Below are positions 17,308 to 25,329 of a stretch of DNA of 29,251 bases, piece after piece. This DNA is from a virus (lineage: Duplodnaviria; Caudoviricetes). The stretch is from positions 1 through 29,251 of IMG/VR virus record IMGVR_UViG_3300050154_000139; one strand, 5' to 3'. Below the pieces are notes generated by a model, which worked only from the letters and a program-made list of their open reading frames with translations, did no database searches and had not been told where the DNA came from. Within the stretch, counting starts at the first letter, position 1. The number at the start of each line of letters is the position of its first letter. The position numbers and the translations under genes were made by a program.

Positions 17308-17409
17308 ATCATCGGACAATCGTCCTTAAAATTCCATCAAGTTTACTTTACTTTACATTTGAAAGATTGTGTAAAGCTGGTGGACTATCACCAATCGTAG
17401 AGCCATTAT
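17308..17409. promoter_or_regulatory. Divergent promoter region with degenerate GTAAAG elements
   Basis: Minus: GTAAAG-TAAA-GTAAAC-N26-CGATGAT; plus: TGAAAG-N5-GTAAAG-N26-CCATTAT. Confidence 0.45.
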
Positions 17410-17426
17410 TTAGTCACGAGGTAAGC

Positions 17427-17594
17427 ATGAAAAACAAGTTGCTGAGTTATTCCGCCCTAGGCTCTTTTTTGATACTCGGGTTCACGGCGTGCAGTTCAAT
17501 AGCTGAGCGCACGGGAGATTTTACATTGTGGGTTATGATTATTTCCGGCATAACCATAGATTCGATTATTTTATGGAGACATCGAGATGATTAA
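17427..17594 (+). CDS. Small membrane protein, 55 aa
   Basis: GAGG RBS; two hydrophobic segments. Confidence 0.65.
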   Translation: MKNKLLSYSALGSFLILGFTACSSIAERTGDFTLWVMIISGITIDSIILWRHRDD

Positions 17595-17769
17595 AGTTGA
17601 TATTGTTCACCCGGACCTGAAACATGCGTCGATCAAAAATTGCTATCAAACCATGGCCGATGCAATAAAGGCTCTTTCCGCCGAATACCGCATTACCACT
17701 CTGGCCTTTCGCAATCTGGTTGTTCTGGCTAACCAAGAAGGTTCTCGGGCGGTACTAAGATGTCAGTAG
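17587..17769 (+). CDS. Hypothetical protein
   Basis: GGAG RBS; overlapping mini-operon. Confidence 0.6.
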   Translation: MIKVDIVHPDLKHASIKNCYQTMADAIKALSAEYRITTLAFRNLVVLANQEGSRAVLRCQ

Positions 17770-17942
17770 TAGTCGAAAAGTTCCCCGTTTCATCCGTTCG
17801 CGCAGCTGGTATCGAATTGAAAAAACGGGGATACCAAAAAATCGGCAAGCATTGGGTCGAGAAAAACCATTTTGCTGACATCGAGAAAATGCCAGCGTCC
17901 GGCAAAGTCATTGTCTTGATCTGCAAAAGTAATTACGACTGA
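17760..17942 (+). CDS. Hypothetical protein
   Basis: Overlapping mini-operon ending at a terminator. Confidence 0.6.
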   Translation: MSVVVEKFPVSSVRAAGIELKKRGYQKIGKHWVEKNHFADIEKMPASGKVIVLICKSNYD

Positions 17943-17963
17943 GGGGCGCAAAGCCCCTTTTTA
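17942..17963 (+). terminator. Intrinsic terminator
   Basis: AGGGGC-GCAAA-GCCCCT followed by a T run, between convergent genes. Confidence 0.8.
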
Positions 17964-18467
17964 ATACCACAGATCAAATTCCGCCCACGTTATTTTCAGC
18001 ACCGTCCGATTTGCCAGCCCTGATGAATTCGTCAATCTTCCGTGGATTGTAGATCCTGGCGCATACGTCTTGAAACCCTGCTCCGCCGTGGATGTCTCGC
18101 TGCTTTTTGAATTCGGACTGGAACCACCACCGGAACCGATGAATATTGATGGGATCCCCGTTCCGGTTACGGTTGGAGCAGTGCCGATACTGGCGAATGT
18201 GGATAATGGTGCAGCACCTCGCATCGTGTTCACCTGTGCTGTGCTGCACAGGTTTGTCACATCAACCACCGATCCAGATGCTCCAGTGAAGATCGAGTAA
18301 TCCATTCCAATCACATCAACCATCAACTGACGATCCAAGATCCTGACATACTTTGTCGCCGGAACGACCATTTTAAACCATTTCACTGCGGCTGATGCCA
18401 TGGTTATGTCCAGATACATACGGTACAGGTTCCCGTCACTGGCCAGTTCTTCGATGTAAGTTTTCAT
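17961..18467 (-). CDS. Beta-rich, virion-like hypothetical protein
   Basis: Ser/Thr/Gly-rich; ITWAE C-terminus; ATGA overlap with the 80-aa gene. Confidence 0.6.
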   Translation of the reverse strand: MKTYIEELASDGNLYRMYLDITMASAAVKWFKMVVPATKYVRILDRQLMVDVIGMDYSIFTGASGSVVDVTNLCSTAQVNTMRGAAPLSTFASIGTAPTVTGTGIPSIFIGSGGGSSPNSKSSETSTAEQGFKTYAPGSTIHGRLTNSSGLANRTVLKITWAEFDLWY

Positions 18468-18706
18468 GCGCCACCCCACCAGAAATTCGCATTCGTCGGT
18501 GTTGCACGGATGGTCAGGCCAGAAACGTTGATGTCGGTTTTCCCAGACGCCGTGATTGTGGCAACCGTGACGGCGGTCGCAGATGTCGGCTCAATGGCTT
18601 CAAGCAATACCTGTCCACCAGTGGTTGTGATATTCACGATCAGTGGAATAGTGCCTTTGTCCGCCCCAAATTTGAAGATCCCTTGCGTTGTCTGTAGTAG
18701 TGACAT
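18464..18706 (-). CDS. Small beta-rich hypothetical protein, 80 aa
   Basis: GGAGG RBS; Thr-rich beta-strand pattern. Confidence 0.7.
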   Translation of the reverse strand: MSLLQTTQGIFKFGADKGTIPLIVNITTTGGQVLLEAIEPTSATAVTVATITASGKTDINVSGLTIRATPTNANFWWGGA

Positions 18707-18724
18707 ATCTAGCCTCCAAAAACG

Positions 18725-18745
18725 AAAAAGGAGCCCGTAGGCTCC
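18725..18745 (-). terminator. Intrinsic terminator
   Basis: GGAGCC-TACG-GGCTCC-TTTTT on the minus strand. Confidence 0.8.
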
Positions 18746-18766
18746 GTTTAATTACACTGTGGTGAA

Positions 18767-19126
18767 TCAGTTATGAATAACAAAACCTTCGATCTTTTGC
18801 ACTACTTCTTTCACGACTTCTTCTACTTTTTCAAAGAAAGTTGGATCTTCGGTTGGTGCAATCAGTTCGGCCGTCTTTGCTTCCGGTAATGCTGCCGCAG
18901 CTTCCGCTTCTGCTTGGTCAGCTGCCGCCGCTGCTACCGGTGGCTGAACTTGCGCATCAGCAACTGCTGCCGCTTCGGGTGCGTCAGAACTGGGACTGGG
19001 ATCCACCGTGGCGTCAGCCTGGCTGGTGGTTTCGGTCGTGGTTTCCGCTGTCGTTTCGACTGTTTCAGTTGCCGTGGTGGTTGATACTGTCGCTTCTTCG
19101 GTTGTTTCTTCTACTGTATCCGTCAT
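18767..19126 (-). CDS. Acidic Thr/Glu/Ala-rich low-complexity protein
   Basis: GGAG RBS; disordered-looking body with a C-terminal amphipathic helix. Confidence 0.75.
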   Translation of the reverse strand: MTDTVEETTEEATVSTTTATETVETTAETTTETTSQADATVDPSPSSDAPEAAAVADAQVQPPVAAAAADQAEAEAAAALPEAKTAELIAPTEDPTFFEKVEEVVKEVVQKIEGFVIHN

Positions 19127-19143
19127 TTTCTGACTCCAATGTA

Positions 19144-20442
19144 TTAAAGGAACGATTGAACATATTTTGCCATGACTTTAATGGCGGCTAAATTTGGGTG
19201 GATCCCATCTTGATAGTATTCTGGCCGATATCTTGCCGGGTTACCGCCGTCACTGATAAGTGGGCCAAAATCAATCAGCGTTACTAACCCTTGAGCGGCA
19301 AGGCTTCGCGCCCATGTTTCAGACGCCACACGCGCAGCTTCAGCGGTACCCGAGTAGCCATTATTCGGCACTCCGATCCACATGTAAACGTTTGTTCCAA
19401 GAGAACGCAACTTTTTAATTAAATTTACGATTATCCCATGTCGCACCTGTCCACTGTAGATCGAGGCTGAGCCATCGTTAGGGGTGAATGCCGGTATCAG
19501 GACATCAGTTGGTGCCATGCCGTTGGTGATCATGGCTGTCGCTTGCGTGATGAACGAACTCGAACCCTGACCGGACATGCCGCCGTTAAAATACTGGAAT
19601 GGAGCCTGTGGCGTTGATTTCCCGAGCACCGCGCGGCACGCCCATGAATCGTACATGTAAGACTGCCCGCCACCACCAGCGGTGATTGAGTCACCAATGG
19701 CAAGCACAGAACGAACCGGCACGCAGTAATCGAATTCAACGGCAATGAATGCCCCACTCCGGCTGCTCCAACCAAGACTTGGGACGTTCGACAGCGTACC
19801 AACCCCATCCAGCGCCGATGTCTGGGCGCAACCCCAACGGCGATAGAATGAGTTACCAACAGCTGGGCTCCATAGGTCGCTTGTGTAATAGCTTCCGAGC
19901 GTATAAGCCTGTGATGCTGGATACATGGCGCGAATCATCAGTACGGGCCTCTGCATTCCTGTTGGGGCGGGCAGTGACTCGCACTCAATCCAGTCAGAAA
20001 CCGTCATCGATGGAGCCGCAGTACTGCCGATCTCCAGGCTGGTTGATGTATTGCCAGCCCAAGTTACCGGACGCCAGCCGTACGGGACAGTTGAGCTGTA
20101 TGCCGCGTTATTTGTTGCACTTCCCGATGGGTAGTACCGGCTTGCTGCGTCAGTGCCAGCCATGTTATCTGTGCTCGACGGTGCTACTACCGCAGTGATG
20201 CCAGCGGCCGCTGTAGTTTCTTTTGAGAACAACCACAGCCGCACACGGGTGAATGGTGCTTCTGCTTCAATGAAATGGTTGAAAGTCACCAAGCCAGTCG
20301 ATCCTGACGCCAGAAATGTATCAGCGCCACCAACCAGCCGGGCTGCGCCGGTAAAATTCGGCACGCGATTGAGCTGATAACCGATCGGCACCTTGGCGGC
20401 TGGCGCGTTGCCAATGCCAAAAACTTTTGCACTTGTGCCCAT
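19144..20442 (-). CDS. SGNH/GDSL esterase with an N-terminal beta domain
   Basis: LAIGDSIT (block I), NGGMSG (II), TPND (III), DGIHPN (V). Confidence 0.88.
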   Translation of the reverse strand: MGTSAKVFGIGNAPAAKVPIGYQLNRVPNFTGAARLVGGADTFLASGSTGLVTFNHFIEAEAPFTRVRLWLFSKETTAAAGITAVVAPSSTDNMAGTDAASRYYPSGSATNNAAYSSTVPYGWRPVTWAGNTSTSLEIGSTAAPSMTVSDWIECESLPAPTGMQRPVLMIRAMYPASQAYTLGSYYTSDLWSPAVGNSFYRRWGCAQTSALDGVGTLSNVPSLGWSSRSGAFIAVEFDYCVPVRSVLAIGDSITAGGGGQSYMYDSWACRAVLGKSTPQAPFQYFNGGMSGQGSSSFITQATAMITNGMAPTDVLIPAFTPNDGSASIYSGQVRHGIIVNLIKKLRSLGTNVYMWIGVPNNGYSGTAEAARVASETWARSLAAQGLVTLIDFGPLISDGGNPARYRPEYYQDGIHPNLAAIKVMAKYVQSFL

Positions 20443-20774
20443 TAGTCACCGCCTTTCATCGTAATGACCGCGTTGTAAGTTGTGCCAGCATCCAAACCAG
20501 CTGGCACCAGCTTTATATTGTCCAGTGAAATTGATGTCATGAAGATTGGGTAAGGGTTTGATGCGCTGATCGTGACTGCGTTACCGTTGGCATCACGGAA
20601 TGCTTTGTACCCGTTCATCTCCGGTGTTTGCACGTAGATCGCGATAGATCCTTGTGTGCTTCCGCTCTCGATATCGATCATCACCCATGAGGTGTTCCGT
20701 GTCGGTACCGCAACGATTTGTGCGCCATCAGACTGCTTGAGCCCTGATAATACGATTGGGGGAATTAGTGCCAT
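20442..20774 (-). CDS. Small beta-rich hypothetical protein, 110 aa
   Basis: TAATG coupling to the SGNH gene. Confidence 0.7.
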   Translation of the reverse strand: MALIPPIVLSGLKQSDGAQIVAVPTRNTSWVMIDIESGSTQGSIAIYVQTPEMNGYKAFRDANGNAVTISASNPYPIFMTSISLDNIKLVPAGLDAGTTYNAVITMKGGD

Positions 20775-20810
20775 TTTCGTTTACTCGCTTTGACCAAAGA
20801 TGGATACATT

Positions 20811-21155
20811 TTAGTCGTATTCAGCATTCAAGTCGATCACGCGCATTTGTATGCGTTTTTCACATAGAAGTGCACGATCCTCGCAAAAACGGCTTTGCTT
20901 ATCTGATTCCTTAAATTTGAGAGCGATCAACCGGTACAGCTTGGCGCAATTGCGCAGGTTCCGGATACTGTCGGACTTGCGCTCAAGAGCCATCACCCGC
21001 CCTATTTTCTTTTTGCACTTTTCAAGCAAGTCCATGTCGGGATTTTTCATCGGCTTTTCATGAATGAAACTGACTTGTCTACGATATTCACGATGCGCGC
21101 GAAACGGGTTTTTCTTCGGCTCGCCATACAAACTGTCGACCCATAATTCATCCAT
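20811..21155 (-). CDS. Basic hypothetical protein
   Basis: ORF with GGGGG RBS before MDELW. Confidence 0.65.
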   Translation of the reverse strand: MDELWVDSLYGEPKKNPFRAHREYRRQVSFIHEKPMKNPDMDLLEKCKKKIGRVMALERKSDSIRNLRNCAKLYRLIALKFKESDKQSRFCEDRALLCEKRIQMRVIDLNAEYD

Positions 21156-21172
21156 GCTTATTCCCCCATCAA

Positions 21173-21346
21173 TCAAAAGAATTGAATTTTCTTTCCAATG
21201 GAATCAGCCACCAATTCCATTTGACGTTTGAAGTCTCTTTCCTGAAATTGTGGCACAATATCGAAACAATACCCGTTTTCTTTCAGTGCCTTTTCTGCTG
21301 ATTCGTATTTTTTAGGATCAAACCAGCATATTTTTACTTTTTTCAT
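21173..21346 (-). CDS. Hypothetical protein, 57 aa
   Basis: Manual translation MKKVKICWFDPKKYESAEK...; AGGAG RBS and ATGA overlap. Confidence 0.65.
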   Translation of the reverse strand: MKKVKICWFDPKKYESAEKALKENGYCFDIVPQFQERDFKRQMELVADSIGKKIQFF

Positions 21347-21678
21347 TGGTTCAACTCCTTTACGGATTCATCGTGTTCTATGGTGAAAATATAAGCACCA
21401 TTCATCACGGCTTCAACAAAATATTGCCCGCGCGTGATAAAAGTGCGATTTAACCGGTTATAAATTATTCCGCGAGATAGTAATCCGCACGTCCCAGCAT
21501 CAATTTTTTGTTGCAGGATATCCCCAGCGACAGCAGCGTTCCCACTGATTATTGAGGCATCTACCTGCATCATATCCTGTTCATTGTTGCAGAACATCTG
21601 TGGGCGAATGAGCTGTACAAAATTAGCCGAAGCTGCTCCACTAAACAATAGGGCGGCAATAACCATTGATTTAAACAT
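21343..21678 (-). CDS. Exported protein with a signal peptide
   Basis: MFKSMVIAALLFSGAASA|NF signal peptide; two Cys. Confidence 0.7.
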   Translation of the reverse strand: MFKSMVIAALLFSGAASANFVQLIRPQMFCNNEQDMMQVDASIISGNAAVAGDILQQKIDAGTCGLLSRGIIYNRLNRTFITRGQYFVEAVMNGAYIFTIEHDESVKELNQ

Positions 21679-21799
21679 GAGCGCGTCTCCCAGCACAAAA
21701 CATCACCATCAAAAATCCTAATGACATTGGGGGAACGCCCATAAAAAGCGCTCCGCCGAATATCAACAGCATTACCAGTTGATCAGCATTAAATTTCAT
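21671..21799 (-). CDS. Small membrane protein, 42 aa
   Basis: MKFNADQLVMLLIFGGALFMGVPPMSLGFLMVMFC... Confidence 0.55.
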   Translation of the reverse strand: MKFNADQLVMLLIFGGALFMGVPPMSLGFLMVMFCAGRRAHV

Positions 21800-22586
21800 T
21801 CTGAATAATCCCCCGAATTTTTCGGATGACATAAAGACAGCACAGCATTTCAGCATTCAATGCAGCCTCGGCGTTTTCTGGATCTTCCGGTTCTTCTGGA
21901 GCGATATGGTATTTGGCACCAGACAGGTATTGATATGGGTCAATGGTCACAGTTGCCAGCTCAGAAAAGTTCATCTCGATTTTCACAACTTTCCGAACAT
22001 TCAGTGGGTCATAAAAATCGGTCAGGTCTTCATTTTTGGTTTGTGTTTTGCCACCCTCATCCGATTCAAATTTAATCGAACCGGTCAATCGACTGTCATT
22101 CGATTTAACTACATTTTCAAACCAAGTCATCACGCGTTCAAAATCATCCAGCTCTTTTTCTGAATCAATGGCAAGCGTGCCGAATTTATCACGCAGGAAA
22201 TCAGTGACGCATTCAAAAACCTTGTTGCTTGATGGATCGAGATGGATAAGATAGTTTTTCTGATCCAGAATAACTGATACACAGTGTCGCGTTGGGAACG
22301 CGCGTTTCAGCAGTTCAGCGGTCACATCATCAGGATCTCGGTCTTCGTTTTTTGGATCGGCAAGGGCGGAATCAATGATGGATTTTTTCAGGTTTTTGAG
22401 ATCAACCAGGATTTGGAAGAACGCTAAATCAGAAACTGGATCAGTGTAAATATGGCCGCTAAACCCAACAGAACTAAAGCTGTAGTCATCCATTTCTCGC
22501 TTTTTGTTATGAGCAATGATTTCAGGCAAATCATCCAGAGTCGGATATTCATTTTTGTAACTCATTGTAATTATTTTTTTGAACAT
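21789..22586 (-). CDS. rdgC: Recombination-associated protein RdgC (divergent)
   Basis: SVGF, ELLKRAFPT...HLDPSSNKVFE...LRDKFGTL, RKVVKIEM correspond to RdgC motifs. Confidence 0.75.
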   Translation of the reverse strand: MFKKIITMSYKNEYPTLDDLPEIIAHNKKREMDDYSFSSVGFSGHIYTDPVSDLAFFQILVDLKNLKKSIIDSALADPKNEDRDPDDVTAELLKRAFPTRHCVSVILDQKNYLIHLDPSSNKVFECVTDFLRDKFGTLAIDSEKELDDFERVMTWFENVVKSNDSRLTGSIKFESDEGGKTQTKNEDLTDFYDPLNVRKVVKIEMNFSELATVTIDPYQYLSGAKYHIAPEEPEDPENAEAALNAEMLCCLYVIRKIRGIIQNEI

Positions 22587-22831
22587 TTGTTAAATTCCTC
22601 TTTAGCCAATCGGTCACAGACTTTTTGCATTCTTCGGCACAGTTCATCGCAGTATTGCGTTGGTACGAACTTGCCGCCTTTGATGTACTGATAACGCAGT
22701 TCTTTGAGCATCCGTTTCACGAATTTATCGTTCAGTATCTCCGTTTCAATCATGTCAGGATCAAGACTTGATGTCCCCATCATGATTTCGTCGGAATATT
22801 TGACGATCATCTTTTTTGTGTTTGCAATCAT
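22571..22831 (-). CDS. Hypothetical protein
   Basis: 86-aa coupled ORF. Confidence 0.65.
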   Translation of the reverse strand: MIANTKKMIVKYSDEIMMGTSSLDPDMIETEILNDKFVKRMLKELRYQYIKGGKFVPTQYCDELCRRMQKVCDRLAKEEFNKCSKK

Positions 22832-22995
22832 ACGACATGTATCCAGTTTAATTTGTTGAGGGCGCTGGTGGTGCTTTCTTTGATTTTGCGATAAGTGTGT
22901 TCAAAATTACTTTTGCGGGGCATTCTGGAGATTGTCCAGCGGTCTTGTGCCATTGAAATGATATTCAGAGCTTGAGTTGGTTTGTCCATTTGCAT
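22828..22995 (-). CDS. Hypothetical protein, 55 aa
   Basis: Manual translation MQMDKPTQALNIISMAQDRW...; GGAG RBS after promoter copy 4. Confidence 0.6.
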   Translation of the reverse strand: MQMDKPTQALNIISMAQDRWTISRMPRKSNFEHTYRKIKESTTSALNKLNWIHVV

Positions 22996-23019
22996 CACTC
23001 CAGTTCAGTTGATGAATTG

Positions 23020-23070
23020 AAGATACAAAAAAGCCGCTGGGATATCCAACGGCTTTACAGGGCTTTACAA
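23020..23070 (-). promoter_or_regulatory. Phage promoter element, copy 4, containing the lysis-operon terminator
   Basis: TTGTAAAG-CCCT-GTAAAG-N26-GTATCTT; spacer GCCGTTGG-ATATC-CCAGCGGC-T6. Confidence 0.75.
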
Positions 23071-23577
23071 TTATTTCCGGTCATTCAGTATCACTTGCTG
23101 ACAGGCTGCGAGCTGTCTTGCGAGGTCGTCGGCTTCTCCGGCGAGTCTGAGAGCATCAGCTCCATGCGTTTCAGAAAAGTTGGATCGCGCTTGACCATTA
23201 CACTGGCTGGGGCAGGAGGAAGCACTGGGCAGGTTTGTGCGACCGGCGCGGGCTTCGGCTGCTTTTGACTGCTGCAAGCTGTCAGTAAGCTGAGCATTGC
23301 GAGCATTGAGACGATTGATAGCGTCTTGAGTTTCTGTTTTACCATCTTGTAACCCTTCCTGATATTTTTGTTCGATAGTGGACTGATCGACTGCGGTTGT
23401 CTGCTCTTTTATCCGAGCCTTCTGCGTTGTCTCCAGCGCGGCTTTGGCTTGAGCTGCCACCAGTGCGTTTGCTGCCGCTTCTGCTTTTGCGGCTGTGTAT
23501 TCGTGGCCCAGATATACACCAACACAGACCAGTAACGCTATCAGAGCCTGTTTCCAGTATTCAGTAATGAAATCCAT
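23071..23577 (-). CDS. Rz: Inner-membrane spanin
   Basis: N-terminal TM, Ala-rich coiled coil, QLAACQ C-terminus; follows the endolysin. Confidence 0.85.
   Translation of the reverse strand: MDFITEYWKQALIALLVCVGVYLGHEYTAAKAEAAANALVAAQAKAALETTQKARIKEQTTAVDQSTIEQKYQEGLQDGKTETQDAINRLNARNAQLTDSLQQSKAAEARAGRTNLPSASSCPSQCNGQARSNFSETHGADALRLAGEADDLARQLAACQQVILNDRK
23091..23345 (-). CDS. Rz1: Outer-membrane spanin lipoprotein embedded in Rz
   Basis: Lipobox LLTA|C, Pro-rich CPVLPPAP; alternate frame within Rz; the true start may be 23306. Confidence 0.8.
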   Translation of the reverse strand: MVKQKLKTLSIVSMLAMLSLLTACSSQKQPKPAPVAQTCPVLPPAPASVMVKRDPTFLKRMELMLSDSPEKPTTSQDSSQPVSK

Positions 23578-23578
23578 G

Positions 23579-24112
23579 TTAGCACCCCAGTTGCAGCTTT
23601 AAACGCTGCCAGATTGCAGCACGGTCGGCATAACCGTTCAGGCCGCCATTAATGCGTTTCGTGATCAACTCAAATGCTCCGGCATCCGCCAGCGAGTTCA
23701 GTTTCCGTTTATCCCAGAACCAGCCAGCCGATAGCGCAGCGTACTCCGGCTGCTCAAGAAGTTCGGGATGATTCACGCAATCGATCTGCAAGTCTTTCGC
23801 GAGCGCCGTGTAATTCGCGCGGCCCGTGATTTGAATCAATCCCCGCCCCATAAATCTCTTTCCGTCACCGGTGTGCGTATTGCCCAAATCAGAACGGCCT
23901 TCGTAACCAGATTGCGCCGCTGTCGGCCCCCAGATCTCGCGCACATACCGGAAATTTCCAGATTCATGCGCGATTTGAGCAATAAACGCCGCCTGTCTTG
24001 ATGCAGTATTGATTGAGTACTTGTCGCAAACATCATTGATCGCATCAACGAATTTCAGTGCGTTTGCATTACCTGGAAATACTGCTTTGATTAAATCCGT
24101 AGTTATTCGCAT
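23579..24112 (-). CDS. Endolysin, glycoside hydrolase family 19
   Basis: AAFIAQIAHESG, FMGRGLIQITGRANY, TKRINGGLNG. Confidence 0.93.
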   Translation of the reverse strand: MRITTDLIKAVFPGNANALKFVDAINDVCDKYSINTASRQAAFIAQIAHESGNFRYVREIWGPTAAQSGYEGRSDLGNTHTGDGKRFMGRGLIQITGRANYTALAKDLQIDCVNHPELLEQPEYAALSAGWFWDKRKLNSLADAGAFELITKRINGGLNGYADRAAIWQRLKLQLGC

Positions 24113-24113
24113 A

Positions 24114-24320
24114 TTATTTACCTAATTTAGCACCAATGCCCAGACCGCCAAGCAGTCCACCGGATGCCATCCCGTATCCCTGAAAATCAAATGGATGCTG
24201 CATGATCACCGAATAGATTTCCAGCCCCAAACCAATGACAATAATGATGCAAGCCCAGAAATATGCGGGCTCCAGCGTGATATTGTCATCACCCGTCAAC
24301 AACTCTGCCAGCTTTTTCAT
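24114..24320 (-). CDS. Putative holin
   Basis: 68 aa with two hydrophobic segments, immediately upstream of the endolysin. Confidence 0.65.
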   Translation of the reverse strand: MKKLAELLTGDDNITLEPAYFWACIIIVIGLGLEIYSVIMQHPFDFQGYGMASGGLLGGLGIGAKLGK

Positions 24321-24790
24321 TTCGCTGCCTCCCCTGTTGCCTCTGAAATTGATTGATGCACTACTTCCTTGCTAAATCCATTCACGATCGAGTGCATTAT
24401 AAAAGCCAATATCGTCACTGCAAGCATGACTGCAATGGCCTTTTTAATGGTCGATGATAACTGCTTTTTTTCGATATGCTCTTGCTTTAATTCGTGCAGA
24501 AAATCCATGTATCCGCGCGTTCGCATTGGATCGCTTGGGTCTAACCCCATGGACATCAGCAGGCGCGATGCGTACTCGTTATTTTCAAGCTGGCGGCGGA
24601 TTTCCTTGATGTCGTCCGATTGACCTTCTGTTTTATGAAAAAGATCAGACAGCTGTGCGGCGTGTTCCGAGTGTGCTTGCGTCAATTCCTTGACGTTCTC
24701 GGCGAGAGACTTAACCGCCTCGGTATTGGCACTGAGACCAGCGATTAGCTGGCCCAGTAAGATATCATTTTTGCTGTTATCTGTGTCCAT
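24317..24790 (-). CDS. Coiled-coil membrane protein at the head of the lysis cassette (holin/antiholin-like)
   Basis: N-terminal coiled coil and one C-terminal TM; ATGA overlap with the holin; start uncertain. Confidence 0.55.
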   Translation of the reverse strand: MDTDNSKNDILLGQLIAGLSANTEAVKSLAENVKELTQAHSEHAAQLSDLFHKTEGQSDDIKEIRRQLENNEYASRLLMSMGLDPSDPMRTRGYMDFLHELKQEHIEKKQLSSTIKKAIAVMLAVTILAFIMHSIVNGFSKEVVHQSISEATGEAAK

Positions 24791-25110
24791 GTTTAAAATC
24801 GACATTGGTTTGATCCATAGCCGATTATCACACAAATTTGATTTCAGGTGAAATTAGTTCAAGATTATCCCACCATTGTTATTGTTGTTTGAAACTGAAT
24901 TCCATATTTGTATTATTCCAAGATTTGTCGAATTAAATTCATTCCATCCATTGTAAGTAGAATAGGAAACATCCGAGCCAGATAAACCATTAGCCTCAAT
25001 ACGCCAGCCATTCGTAGCGGACAAAGGGCATAATATCGGCCACCTTGCAAAACATAAACCACATCTTCTGTTACATAGTGCGGGATGAATCTATCGTAGA
25101 TATAACGAAG

Positions 25111-25133
25111 AAAGCCACCCAAAGGCGGCTTTT
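25111..25133. terminator. Terminator after the tail operon
   Basis: AAAGCCACC-CAAA-GGCGGCTTTT. Confidence 0.7.
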
Positions 25134-25140
25134 AATTGTG

Positions 25141-25329
25141 TCAATCTGGCTCTGGAATGCCAATAGGGTTATCTATCTTCTGATAAAACGCTAGATATCT
25201 AGCATCGCTCGTATCAATCACGTCTTGATTTTTGTAAATACTATCATCTTGCTTGCATCCAAAAACAGCAGCTACGTTTGTTTTGTTTGAATCAGTAAAC
25301 TGAACGCAAATATTCATATTATTATCCAA
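25141..25329 (-). CDS. Small tail-fibre assembly/chaperone protein
   Basis: VQFTDS...FGCKQD...DTSDARYLAFY pattern; directly follows the tail fibre. Confidence 0.65.
   Translation of the reverse strand: MDNNMNICVQFTDSNKTNVAAVFGCKQDDSIYKNQDVIDTSDARYLAFYQKIDNPIGIPEPD

Noticed and set aside
24913-25122. 69-aa minus-strand ORF
   Set aside because: Starts inside a terminator hairpin without an RBS; another frame looks more protein-like
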